Positions 1-12,460 of a stretch of DNA of 64,000 nucleotides are shown here, one piece after another; the first letter of the stretch is position 1, and the number at the start of each line of letters is the position of its first letter. The position numbers and the translations under genes were made by a program. Source of the stretch: Octopus vulgaris. Taxonomy: Eukaryota. The DNA is taken from the NCBI GenBank assembly GCA_951406725.2, contig OX597823.1, positions 72,168,001 to 72,232,000 on the forward strand. The letters are read 5' to 3'. The notes under the pieces are model-generated. The model did no database searches, was not told the origin of the DNA, and worked only from the letters and a program-made list of their open reading frames with translations.

Positions 1-1599
1 AATTAAATATTTCTCAAAATAAGAAACTTATAACACAAACTTAGAAGATTAATCCAAGAACAAAAAAAAACACATTACAAATTAAATATTTAAAAAAAAA
101 CAAACATCTCAACAATCTTCCCAGGGCCTCGAAATCGCATCCTCCTCTGGTGCAAGATTTAAGGCCTATTTGGATCGTATAAAGTTTCTCGTGTAGAATA
201 CAAATTCTCAAAAATTTTCTAAAAATTCCAAAAGATAAAATAGTTATATGGTGCATAATTCATGTGTTTACGGTTTCTTGTAAAGACATTAGTGCTATTT
301 TCAGGATGTTGAAAAAATGTGCAGAAAACCCTGTTTTCTGACTAGATGAAAATTTTCAAACTTTAAACCTCTATAATTTAAAACTAAAAAAAATCGGGAA
401 AATTGAAATAACTCCAGCAATTCAGCTTGGAAAACTACATAATTGTACAAAATTTTAAAATTTCAATAAAATTTGATTTTTGAAATCTTGGCATCCAAAC
501 AGAAAAGATCTATTTTAGCTAAGTATTTAGAATTTTCATAATTTCAGATGTTGCTTTTTCTTACTCTTTCATTTCAACTTCCTTCTTTAGTTATTATCCT
601 GTTCATGTTTTTTAGTTACTTCGGGTTATTTTAGGCGTATACAAGCATTATTTGGGAAGTATTGCTCTTTGGTGCTGGTGGGAAACAGAAAGGCATTTTC
701 AGAATCATTATCTGGTTTTGGTAGATAGGACGAAGGATAGAGAAGCTTCGCAATCTTGCTCAAACAGTTCAAAATGTTTGGTGAGTATTGGAAGGAGTAC
801 ACTAACTTGGGCATAGACCAATCGTATCCAGATTGCACAACGACAGACTTTTGGGTTGCTTCATCGACTAGTTGTGGTGCAGTGATAGGAACACCTTTAT
901 AAGTAGCTGGACCCGTTACTTCTGGCATAGAACCGGCTCTAGTTTCGACTATGGTCCTTGGTCAGACTTGTTGTCAAGAAACTTGAAGGTACCTTGTTTA
1001 GAACTAAGACACATGCAGTAAAACACAATAAAATGAAGTCGACTCGATCGTTCTCTGTGGCAGAGTTGCATTGTACAATCAAAGCCCTATTCACGTTTTT
1101 ACGAACAGAGACAGATATGTGCTAGATGTGTGCGAGTTGTCTGCCTAACGAGCTTTATAAAGAAATACCAAATTTGTTCTAGATGCTTTGGCGAACATCC
1201 ACTGCAACTGGCTGCAGAACCAGAGAATTGCCAATTATGTGAAGCGCAGAGTAGTAGCGACAAAAGTAAATGTAGTTCCTAATTTCTCATTTACAGCTCT
1301 GTGTACTACAGAGTTTAATATTTTAATCAATTTGATAAAAACATAGTTTCCGATTTGTTATTGGTTGTCATTGGTAATGTGGTTGGCAAACCTGAGCATT
1401 CAAGTGCAGACCTATCCATGACAAACTCCATGTCATAGGACACCAAATCATCTCGAAGGAAGTTTAATGCCAGTTCAGTCATTTGGAGTCAAGAATCTGC
1501 AGTGTTTGAAGGAGGTTGAAGAGGTGGGGTAGCCTTTTTGCCGCACCTGTTTTCCACTACGAACATTCAGTCACCACGAAAAGTAAAACCCCATTCACC

Positions 1600-2142
1600 A
1601 CCGGCTTCCAACCACAGACATCAGCAATAATATCGGCATCGCAATCGAACAACGCAAGCACCACCAACAACATCATCCCACCACATTACAGCAATAAACC
1701 ATATGATCCCACCATCACCAAGGCTACAACAAGCAACCACTACTTGCAAACTTCTACCGACAAATGCTATCAACAACACCATCATAACCACGCAATTACC
1801 AGCATCGAACCACTGCCAACGACATTGCAGTAAGCAGTACCAGCGTGGCCAAGATTGCTATCATGCTCATCACTATGTTTAACACGAGAGTCCTCGGGAT
1901 CAACAAGAACATCATCATCATCATCCTCATCCTCATCATCGTCATCTCCATCGCCATCGTCGTCATCGTTGTCGTCTTCAACGTCATCGTCGTCATCGCC
2001 GTCTCGCACGTCTTCCTCTTCATCGTCACCGGCACCACCGCCACCACCACCGCCGTCACTGCCACTATCATCATCATCATCATCATCATCATCGTCGTCG
2101 TCGTCGTCGTCGTTGTTGTCGTCGTCAACATCAACATCACTC
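1600..2142. repeat. Compound trinucleotide repeat (CAT/CGT/CAC) with a cryptic CAA/CAC-rich flank
   Basis: Visible (CAT)n, (CGT)n and (CAC)n runs. They explain the overlapping poly-D/S/I/M ORFs. Confidence 0.9.
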
Positions 2143-3010
2143 ATTATGTGTGAATTGTAGCACTTGCTGTGTTCTGCTTTCATGATAACTTAAAAGTCTT
2201 TTTTGACATGTGCGTATGTATATATGTATGAATGTATGTACGTACGTATGTATGCATGTATGTATGTATATATGTATGTATGTATGTATGTATGCATGCA
2301 TATATGTATGTATGTATGCATGTATGTAATTATGTTGTGTGTATGTATGCATGCATATATACACGTTAGTAAATTTGTATGTATATATATTTGCATAAGT
2401 GTGCGTGTGTGTGTATATGTATACACACATACATAATCATTTATATGCATATTGTGTTGTGTGTTTGAATATATGTGTGTTTTTCGTATTTGCTATATTT
2501 CATATTGAATTCTAAAATATTAATTAAAATCTTTGTTGCTCAGAGCCAGTTTAAACTATTTTGACAACAAAACACAAAAATTAAAATTTTAAATAGAAAA
2601 TTAGACATTCAAAGAAAAAAATTTAAGAAAAAATGTTGCCGAGCAAAAATGTGAAAACACATTTGTGCGCTCTCGCGAATGAACTTACACACTACATGTA
2701 TGTATGTATGTATGTATGTATGTATGTATGTATGTATGTATGTATGTATGCGTGTACATGTGTATCTACACATACACATATACACACAAACACACACAAT
2801 ATACTGTGAGCAAAAAATGAAATACATAGACATATGACAGACAGATCGATAGATAAATGGCAATTGTATATACTAAATTTTTGAACGTATATGTATAAAA
2901 TACAAATGGTTCTGCATCGTATTCGACGATGGTTATTTCAATTAGTTGATCAACTACATATTTCTTGTATTATAGCACAGATGGCTGCATATTCCACTAA
3001 TACTTATTGA

Positions 3011-3403
3011 TTTCTACTCTAGGCACAAGGCCCGAAATTTTTTGAGAGGTGGGCCAGTTGATTAGATCGACCAGTACACAACTGGTACTTATTTTATCGA
3101 CCCCGAAAGGATGAAAGGCAAAGTCGACCTCGGCGGAATTTGAACTCAGAACGTATCGACAGACGAAATACCTATTTCTTTACTACCCACAAGGGGCTAA
3201 ACACAGAGAAGACAAACAAGGACAGACAAACGGATTAAGTCGATTATATCGACCCCAGTGCGTAACTGGTACTTACTTAATCGACCAAGAAAGGATGAAA
3301 GGCAAAGTCGACCTCGGCGGAATTTGAACACAGAACGTAAAGACAGACGAAATACCGCTAAGCACTTCGCCCGGCGTGCTAAAGTTTATGCCAGCTCGCC
3401 GCC
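3011..3403 (-). mobile_element. SINE family C (tRNA-derived head) with internally duplicated body and a 17-bp target-site duplication (TSD)
   Basis: The minus strand starts GGCGGCGAGCTGGCA and has a B-box GTTCAAATTCC. The body occurs twice. Perfect direct repeat TTCCACTAATACTTATT at 2992-3008 and 3404-3420. Confidence 0.85.
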
Positions 3404-3846
3404 TTCCACTAATACTTATTACCTTCACACATTCGTCAGGTAGTCAGTAGGACACAGAATAGGACAAACTTTGTCCTTCCAATTATTCGACACGAGATTG
3501 AGGTAAGAGATCTAGTTTAAACACTTAATCCAAGTACCATCCCAACACACACAGATACGCACGTGCACACACACTCATGTATATAAATACACACATATAG
3601 ATACGCACACGCACATATAAGCTTACATTTTAAGAACTCAGAAAGTTCGAGTGAATTGAACTAAATTAATTTTTACGGTAAAACTGGAAGTATACACAGC
3701 TATATATAAAAACGTGTGAAATTTCGTTTAAAAACCTAGGATATAAACAGTCAACTTTCTTTTTACCCAGTCTGCTACAAGCTGTTATTTATAGCTTTAT
3801 GTACGTCGAATTTTACCGTATGTATTTACATAGATATGAATATATA

Positions 3847-4006
3847 CAGGCGTGGCTGCGTGGTAAAGAAATCACATTCCTACCTCATGGTCCGGGTTCA
3901 GTCCCCCTACGTGTTACCTTAGGTGTCTTCTATTATAGCACCGGGCCGACCAAAGCTTTGTGAGTAGATTTGGCTAAGGGAAACTCAAGGAAACCCATCG
4001 TGTGTT

Positions 4007-4060
<54 letters not shown>

Positions 4061-4088
4061 TACATATAGATAGATAGATAGATAGATC

Positions 4089-4147
<59 letters not shown>

Positions 4148-4376
4148 GCGTGTATGTATGTGTGTCTTTGTGTCTGTGTTTATCCTCCACCACCACTTGA
4201 CAACCGGTGTTGGTTTGTTTATGTAACCGTAACTTAGGGGATCGCCAAAATTGCGGATCGTTTATGTACCTGGTTCACAGAAATAGGAACTGGGGTCGAT
4301 TTCTTCGACTAAAACCCTTCAGGGTGGTGTCTCAGCTTGGCTGCAATTTAATGATTCAAACGATTAAAAGAAAAAG
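3847..4376 (+). mobile_element. SINE family B with internal (TA)n/(GATA)n microsatellite
   Basis: Head CAGGCGTGGCTGCGTGGTAA...CCGGGTTCAGTCCC, GGGCCGACCAAAGC, and 3' half CTTGACAACCGGTGTTGG...GGGGTCGAT. Homologous to many other copies in the window. Confidence 0.8.
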
Positions 4377-4634
4377 GTACATACATGCATACCTACATAC
4401 ACACATACGTGTATGTATAGATATATACAAACAGACGTACATACATACATACATACATACATACATACATACATACATACATACATACATGCGTAAAACC
4501 TTCCAGAGTTCATCATTTAAGTATGCATCTGCTTATCTAGACATACAAGTATATGCATCTGAATACATATATGAAACGAAACATCCAAATTTGCACAGGC
4601 AGATGCATACATACAAATATACACTGTTGATGTT

Positions 4635-4860
4635 GTGGTATGTTGTCAACTTAATGTAGCAAACCCATGAAAGGGTAGAATACTACTGCTATTTAGCACT
4701 AGGAAGCACCGCTTCCTGTCGGCCTTGACACATTTCCTATGTCCTTATGTTTACAAAGGAAATGTTTCAAGGCCGACAGGAAGCGGTGCTTCCTAGGGCT
4801 AAATAGCAGTAGTATTCTTCCCTTTCATGGGACTGTCACATTAAGTTGACAATATGCCAC
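4635..4860. repeat. Long fold-back palindrome (~103-bp arms, ~18-nt loop), MITE-like
   Basis: GTCAACTTAATG..CCCATGAAAGGG.AGAATACTACTGCTATTTAGC.CTAGGAAGCACCGCTTCCTGTCGGCCTTGA is mirrored by TCAAGGCCGACAGGAAGCGGTGCTTCCTAG.GCTAAATAGCAGTAGTATTCT.CCCTTTCATGGG..CATTAAGTTGAC. Confidence 0.9.
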
Positions 4861-5013
4861 CATTTTATCGTGTTACTATGTATAAATCTTTCTGAGAGAT
4901 TTAGAAATATATTATTTCTACACTGTTGATGTTGTAGCAATTCGAACGAAGGAGCTTTGGATCTAGGTTAGAAACCGGCTTTTTATTGGCATGAAAACTG
5001 AATAATGACATAC

Positions 5014-5405
5014 ATAAATATCTGTAAGATTTGTATCGTTGGTGTAACCATGAAGATCTGATGAGCTAGCTTTCTTTATTTTGCAACGATATGTGGAGTA
5101 CAAGGAATTTGTATAATGCCGATCATGCATATTGCATGCGTGTAGCATAATTTCTTTCACGCTGAAAATAATACTACATGAAGAAGTTTGAGGAACAGCC
5201 GTATTTCAAAAGATGCCAAGTGGTTCAATAAATATATATTCACCTCTCATCCATTCTGACATTTATGGTTTATATACTCCTGCTGAAATAATTCCATCGA
5301 TCGGATATTCTGGATTTCTGTTGCATGGACACATTACATTAGACTTTTTTTGCATTGGATTACAATGAGGACTGATAGTTGAGTCTTCATAGCTTTCAAT
5401 CGTTG
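5014..5405 (-). pseudogene. Possible decayed exon with Ig-like features
   Basis: One reading frame from an AG at 5407-5406 to a GTATGT donor at 5013, with two stops: TIESYEDSTISPHC...W...SCSIIFSVKEI...STYRCKI. Motif resemblance judged by eye only. Confidence 0.25.
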
Positions 5406-5407
5406 CT

Positions 5408-5566
5408 ACATGGCGTGGCTGAGTGGTAAGAAGTTTGCTTCTCAACAACTTCGTTCCGGGTTAAGTCCCGCTGCGTGTCAACTAGGGCAAGTGGCTTCTA
5501 CTATAGCCTCGAGCCGACCAAAGTCTTGTGAGAGTATTTGGTTGACGGAAACTGAAAGAAGCCCGT

Positions 5567-5570
<4 letters not shown>
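5408..5570 (+). mobile_element. SINE family B, 5' half, running into (TA)n
   Basis: GGCGTGGCTGAGTGGTAAGAAG...TTCCGGGTTAAGTCCC...CTACTATAGCCTCGAGCCGACCAAAG...GACGGAAACTGAAAGAAGCCCGTC. Confidence 0.8.
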
Positions 5571-5643
<73 letters not shown>

Positions 5644-5861
5644 TTGATCTGAGATCGTGTGGAAACTGCAGCTGAGGTGTTATACCAAAGGTTTCCGAGT
5701 CACTTGACAGTAAATCTTAAAAAAACATTTAATTCCAAGATTAAAACAAAAACTTATTTTATATGAGACTTCGCTAATAAATAGCAATCAATTATTAAAC
5801 ATTCATAACGGGAATGAATAAATTAAACTAATAAGTATTTATGAAATTTTTACTTACTGTT

Positions 5862-6038
5862 GGCTGCTTGACAAAAGGTGTTAAAGTCCCCGCAACCTAG
5901 CGGTTCGGTAAAAGGTGACCGATAGAATAAATACCAGGTTTTAACAAAAAAATGTAATGGGGTCAATTCATTTGACTAAAATGTCTTCAAGGCGTTGCTC
6001 CAGCATGGCCGGAAACTAATGAGTGAAAGAAGTAAAGA

Positions 6039-6040
<2 letters not shown>
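5862..6040 (+). mobile_element. SINE family B, 3' half
   Basis: GCTTGACAA...GTCCCCGCAACCTAGCGGTTCGG...CCGATAGAATAA...GGCGTTGCTCCAGCATGGCC. Confidence 0.75.
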
Positions 6041-6088
<48 letters not shown>

Positions 6089-6473
6089 GTGCGTGTGTGT
6101 GTGTGTGTGTATGCCTGCGTGTGTGTGTACATGTGTATGCCTGCGTGTGTGTGTGTAATTGTGTATGTGTATGTGTGTGTATGCACATGCACATATATAA
6201 AACAGTGGAAGCCGCGTTTTATAATCAAGGACAATGCCATCGACCGTTTAATATTATCACCTGGTTATTTTTACCGATAATGCACCGCACCAAACTGATC
6301 CGAAAAAGCGTCGGTCAAAGAACATGCGTTTGAATTCCAATGTACATACATATTTAAATATTATTGCATTCGTATAATTGAATGCCTGATTAATATTAGA
6401 ACAGAAATACAAACATACACACTTACAGTCACAAACACACACGCACGCAGGCATATGCACAGACACATCTACA

Positions 6474-6515
<42 letters not shown>

Positions 6516-6891
6516 CTCTCTCTCTCTCTCTCTCATTTGTATATGTATAGGATTATGTACGTATGTGCATTATATGCATAATAATTACAAAACAACAATA
6601 TAATTTGCGCGTAAAGGGGAAAATAATTCGTGATATTTTAATCGAATATAATTCTGTAATCATATAAAGATAATAGAATGAAGATTCTTAACTAGATAGA
6701 TTCTGATAAGGTTTGTCAGTTTGCTAATGAGTGTTCTTCATTTCTCTCACTATTGACATTTGTTACACGCACACACACACACACATACACACACACGTAC
6801 ACACACACATGCACGTGTGTCTGTATATAGATGATTGTATTTACATGTATGTAGGTATATGTATGCTTATGCATGAATGTATGTATGTAAG

Positions 6892-6925
<34 letters not shown>

Positions 6926-7439
6926 TGTATGTATGTATGTATGTATGTATGTACGTATGTATGTATGTACATTTGTATGAACACACGCACGTACAGGCGC
7001 ACGCCCAGGCGCACACACACTCATATTGCTTCCGCAATATTATTGATTCCTTCTTGAGATTCAAGACCATAAATATATTTTACTCACACGCGCCCACTTA
7101 TAGACACACAAGAACAAATATAATTATAGATATGTGTATATGTGTTTATGTGTGTATATATGTGTATGTGTACCGTATTAATCTCACCGACGTTAGAAAA
7201 CCCGTATTAGCCTACAAAAAATATTTTAAAGAGAGCATGGAATAGCGTTAAACTTAATTTGAATTTTATTTTGTAGACTTTCACATTATAAACGTCACAT
7301 TTCTGTCAGCTTGTTATAGGATATTACTCTTTGATTTATATATACTCGTATGTGACATAACAAGAACATTTTAGGTAGAAATATGTACAAGATTCACTCC
7401 AGCTTTAAAACTGTCTACTATACATGCTTGGTTATTTGT

Positions 7440-7770
7440 TTCATGCTTGATGGGGCTGAGGTCATCCCAGGTCATTGGTCTCAGAGACGTCTTCATGCGT
7501 AGAGCCGACCAGTGCTCTTAATCGTTGGCCGTCTCATGTCAACTCCTCTGCATCCTCAAAGGTGACGCCGAGCCTCTGGAGATCTTCCACAATCGCGTCC
7601 AGCAATCTGGTGTGGTGTCTGCCACGAAGCCATTTCCCGCTCGCAGCCGCTGCGTCGAATGTGAATAGAGCTCTCGAAGGATGATCATGGAGGACATGTT
7701 CGTACCAGTACATGCGACCGATAGGTATGAGGTGGAAGAATGCGGGCTGGTGCGTGCGTGCACGCAATTT
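7440..7770 (-). mobile_element. RTE-clade LINE, 3' fragment
   Basis: The translation RMYWYEHVL..HPSR....KWLRGRHHTRLLDAIVEDLQRLGV..EDAEELT*DGQRLRALV matches the RTE C-terminal pattern RLRWxGHV...RPRGRPxxRWxDxIxxDL...AxDRxxWRxLV. Confidence 0.7.
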
Positions 7771-8889
7771 TTTTTTAACGTGATCAAATATTCTTTGAAA
7801 CCATAAATAATGCACAGTGATGAGATAACCGCAGATAGAACACCTTTAGTAACAGATATGCGGTATCAAGTTTGACTTAACAACAATAACTCAGTATTTA
7901 TATTACAAAGGAAGAAAAATGGTTTGCACGATATCGAACAAGATTCTTTTTTATATTCTGCTACAGTATGTTGTTATGGTTGAGTTTAAACATCCCTTCC
8001 CAGAATCAGTTCCACCCAAGCAGGCATAGTTGTCTGGAAATAGAAGTACGGCTATAACGTTGAGAAGTTTTGGTCATAACCGTATTGCCCCGGGTTCGAT
8101 TCCGTTTCTGTTTATCTTAGGTGTGTTACTTGTAATAACAAAATTTCCTATGAAGGTGTCAGTTTGTTTAACAACAATAGGAAGTAATTTTCATCGTTCT
8201 CTGAGCTGAGAGTTATCGAATAAACGGTCAGAAATCTTTAAATTTCTAAAAAAATTTTTCGTAAAACGCTTCCATGTTTCTTAACGAAAACTTTTGGAAG
8301 CAAAATATCATAAAAGTCTAAAGTTCAATGCGAATTAATTTTTATGAGATAGCAAGATTTATATTATTTACTTTGGGACGACACAGGAAACTTTTCACAC
8401 ATATTTCATTGGTTCTTCGATGAATTTGTGGTCAAACATATGATTACGAAGCAGTGTTTCTATCCAATTTAGCGCGATACTTAATACAATTAGTAGTATC
8501 AACGCTCATGTGGAATTTCATTCAAGTTTGAATAATTTCAAGATGTAAAAACTTCGGTAATAATATGATCGTACAATTTGGATCTATTCGCGTTAGACAG
8601 CAGCGTCAATAATTGGTTGAACAATTAGTTTGGTGCAATAATGCATCTTTAACACAACTTAGATTGATACATGATACTTCAGGGAATGTTTTCGTAATAA
8701 TTTGCTACTGGGGTCATAATGTCATACTTTTAATTGAGGGACGAGCTTATACCAACACATATTGCTAATTCTAGTTATATTTTTAGTTAATTTTCATTGA
8801 ATAAAGTTTCATTAAAGAGATGTTGAAAATACGTAACAATGATACTCTTAATATTGAGTAACCAATGTATACTTCTGTAAATAATTATA

Positions 8890-9310
8890 TATATATATGT
8901 ACCTACATCTATATGTATATATACATGCATATATGGGTACAGGACACCAATAAAACGTCGAACACAATGAGAAACGAACACATAAACACAAAACCAAGGA
9001 ATTGGACATTTTTCCTAAACAACGAAAAAAAAAGAGAGTACAAGACGTACAACACAAAGGAACATTCCCCTTCTTCAGCCGCCTCTGTTTCATCTACTCC
9101 GCGTTTCGAAGGTAAAGGCAAGACACGACTCCATTGAAACAGTCCTTCCCGCAAAAGCAAATTAAATAAAATTTGAGAATTTTTTTGCGGAGGAGTAAAA
9201 ATGGTAACAAAACCAGGACAGTAAAAACAATACAAAATATAAACAGTAAAAGACTGGACAAGGAGAATAATAGTAACACGAACAGAAAAAGAAACCGAGT
9301 AAGTTAACAT
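8890..9310. repeat. Interspersed repeat (possibly Penelope-LTR-derived); second copy at ~50600-50840
   Basis: TACAGGACACCAA..AACGTCGAACACAATGAGAAACGAA...CCCCTTCTTCAG...TTTCATCTACTC..CGTTTCGAAGG is shared with 50660-50840. The Penelope label is inferred from hammerhead-like cores. Confidence 0.6.
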
Positions 9311-10009
9311 GGAGTATTCCTATTTCGATGAGATTTTTTATAATTCCCTCTTTTCGCTGTAAATGCGGAATTGTTTGCCATTTACTCTTGACCAGTTAAA
9401 TATATCTGCTAATTACTGGATTACTAATATTTTCAGGATCTACATGAGGAAACACTCTCAAAACCTTATTGTAGTCAATCAGCCTCACGATTAACCACAT
9501 TGTTGTTCTATTACATTCTGCAATTACGGATTTGTTAATCAATAACTGATCTTTACAATTATATTAGCCTTTGCAGAATCCCCTCTTTCCGTTTTTTTAT
9601 TACTTATAAGCTTTCTTTTTAATTATTGTGTTATTATTGCTGTTAATGTTTTATAGTTGATTGGAAGGCAGGTTATAGCTCTGTAAGTGTTAGTGCTTGG
9701 TGTTCTCTGTACGTATGTGTTACTGGAGATATACTACATTAATAAGAGGAAGAATATTTCACCTCTGCAAGACGAAAAATACATAATTAAAACCATCATT
9801 ATACCCAATAGAAAACAAGCTTCTGAGAAAATTCCTTATCCTTTCTGGTGTTTTGCGTTGTTCTGACTCCGTTAACAAATCTGTTTAATGACTATTGATG
9901 TTACAACCACCTCTTCTTTGTACGTGATTTTAAAATACTTATAAGAAATAATGCTCACAAAAACAATCTACAAAATTTCAACTCCAAATACAATATAACT
10001 AAAAACTGT

Positions 10010-10220
10010 AAGCTGACAGAATCACTAGAACGTCAGGCAAAATGCTTAACTGCATTTCGTCCGTCTTTACATTCTAAGTTCAAATTCCGCCGATGTCAGC
10101 TTTGCCTTTCTCCCTCCGAGTCCATTAAATAAGTACCAACTGAGCACTGGGGTCGATGTAATTGAATCATCCTCTCACTGAAATTGCTAGATTTTTGCCA
10201 GAATTTAAAAACCAATATTA
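10010..10220 (+). mobile_element. SINE family C
   Basis: AGCTGACAGAATC...GTTCAAATTCCGCCGA...CTTTGCCTTTC...AAGTACCA...CTGGGGTCGATGTAAT. Confidence 0.75.
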
Positions 10221-10237
10221 AAATTCCAGCTAAAGAA

Positions 10238-10420
10238 CCCCCGATGTGGTTGATGGCCTTGCTTAAAATAGTAGCCAAATCCTCTATATGTCGCACTCTG
10301 CCATCCTATAGAAAGGGAAAACACATTGATAATGCAAATGTAGGATACCATACATGGGAAGAAACAAAAGCATGAAATAGTTGCGACTAGAATGTCTTTC
10401 AATCAAGACTGTCTTGGGAC
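10238..10420 (+). repeat. Old interspersed repeat family D (also ~11110-11280, 48425-48715, 49035-49162, 62710-62890)
   Basis: Shared degenerate motif (T)GCTAGAAATAGCAGCCAAA....AAATCACACC...AAAGGACACATTGGATAATG. Confidence 0.55.
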
Positions 10421-11409
10421 TAAACAAGAACTACTATTATTGTTACAATGACGTTTTTGGTTGTTTTTCAATTGCTGGTTTTGTTTTTTAATCTCATATC
10501 TCTAGCCTGATCTTCTGAAGATTTAATTGCTTTATTGTATAATTGGTTCTTTGAGAAAGAATCTGTAAATGGTAATCAGAAAATATAATTAATCAAAAAA
10601 TTATGTTGCAATAAAATAGAGACCGTCTGTTCGCATTCGTTTACATTGATCAGATTCTGAGAATGTTTTGTTGCTATTCTTTTCCGCAAATTAATGTTTC
10701 TTCCGGGAAAATGAAGTTGATTTTAAGTGGCTTTTAAATAGGCAGAGATAAAATCGAGAAAATGAAAAGAAATTTTAAAGAAAGGAGAATAGAATGAAAG
10801 AGCGGCTTCTAAGCTGTGAATTTGAGTTATCGTAACTATTTGGATTTAAAGACTTGTTCATATTGTGTCAATACTGTAATGATTACATAATTAGTTGAAT
10901 AACTCAATGATGTCGGTAGTTGTATTACGACCGCGAACCATATCAGAATAGATATATAGAAGCTATACAGGGATTCTGTTGTTTACAGCTTTGAGGCGTA
11001 GTTCCGCATATCTATCAGCTTCATAGTGATGACAGTTAAATATCATAGCAACTGGGAGAACACAGCAATGAGCGCCGCATTCTTTTGAGTGACAGTCACT
11101 TCCGCCAAGAGAGAGTCTAGTTGGTCATTCAATCTCCTCGAAATGGTAGCCAAATATTCATTAAATCATACCCTCTATTTTAATAAAAAAAAAGAACACA
11201 TTAGGCAATGCACTGTTAGATAACCTTAAAACCTAACATGATCATTGTTGATACATTTTTCGTTAGGTTGACCAGGAACTGAATAAGAGTAAGAGTAATT
11301 AGAACAAAGAGCAAATACTAATTTCGGGATCAACCACCACTATTTTACCGATGAGAAATAATTACTTCTTTGTCAATGCATGTGAAACATTTGGTCATCC
11401 TAGTTATCT

Positions 11410-12460
11410 CCTATTCGTAGTCCCTGTTGCGAATCAGTCACGGTTAATTTTAACGCACTCAATGCCCAGCAGAAATACGTCTTCGTTCTGAAACAATCAC
11501 TGTCTATGTACTGAGATGTACATCTATAAATTTTCGAAACAGCAGGCCACGCCACTGCATTCAGGACTGCCAAAAGAGGATTTGAACTCATCGTCGATAA
11601 GACGGAGACTGTGTTCATCTCAGACTTTCTTGTTGCGCTGATGGTTACCACATCTACCTTTTGTAACATTGAGATTCTAGCAGGTGTTTTGTTCTTTGGT
11701 TTTGTTTTTTTATCGACGTGGACCTCAGACTACGATATTTATACTAGGTAGTCTATTATTGTGATACGTATTTTTTTCAAAAGCATGGAAAAATCATGCA
11801 ATATATTGAAAAAAGATATTGAAAGAATTCTACTAAAACTAGATCTAGCTTTGGTGGAGTTCTCTACAATCTACATTTATGTGACACATACTACCGGATC
11901 AAGTGTTACGATTTTCCGACTGTGCTACGCGCAGTCAATTTTGACTCCGTTTCAGAATCAGGTTCGCGACAATGTATCAATGTTCGGTGGCAACAAATTA
12001 AAATCTCTGTCCACCATTTCATGTATATCTATATCTCATCGATATGTCTTGACATTTGGGGCCTTTATTGGGACTGAATACATAGCGGGGCACCTTCTTT
12101 TTGAGCCAGGAGATCCGAATACTGACTACGAATAGCAGGAGATAAAAGGGTACGCATACAAATCGCATGATCTCTGTAAGCTTGTCCTTGATAAGCTCAT
12201 AGTTTTGAAGTTAATTTGAGATGACACTCTCATTCGGTGGGCGAAAGATATGCTTAAGATAGTGAGAATTGTTCGGGACAGACATAATGGTGGATAAAAA
12301 TTTAGGACCATTCCTTGGGACATGTGCCCACTAGGCTCGGAGTCCTTGTCCAAGGAAACATCTAATTGAACTGGATCATTTATTCTTACGGTTTTGTTTT
12401 TCAAGTGACATTTTCCGCTCCTCTGAAGCAATAGTTTCGCTTATTATCGACACTACTACA
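11410..12460 (-). pseudogene. Possible decayed Ig-superfamily coding segments
   Basis: Frameshifted minus-strand peptides NLNVTKG/DVVTIS...IYRCTSQ...TYFCWALSALKLTV (11680-11440) and KNKTVRINDPVQLDV...SRTILTILSISFAH/ECHL (12410-12215) resemble Ig A-B, E, F and G strands. Confidence 0.3.

Noticed and set aside
1-520. Sequence with the texture of a non-autonomous DNA transposon (also 8140-8360)
   Set aside because: No termini or coding motif can be demonstrated within the window.
1782-2160. Poly-D/S/I/M ORFs, and similar ones at 14541-14836, 19633-20115, 34071-34927 and 58977-59523
   Set aside because: They are translations of trinucleotide microsatellites that are open in several frames, with no coding signal.
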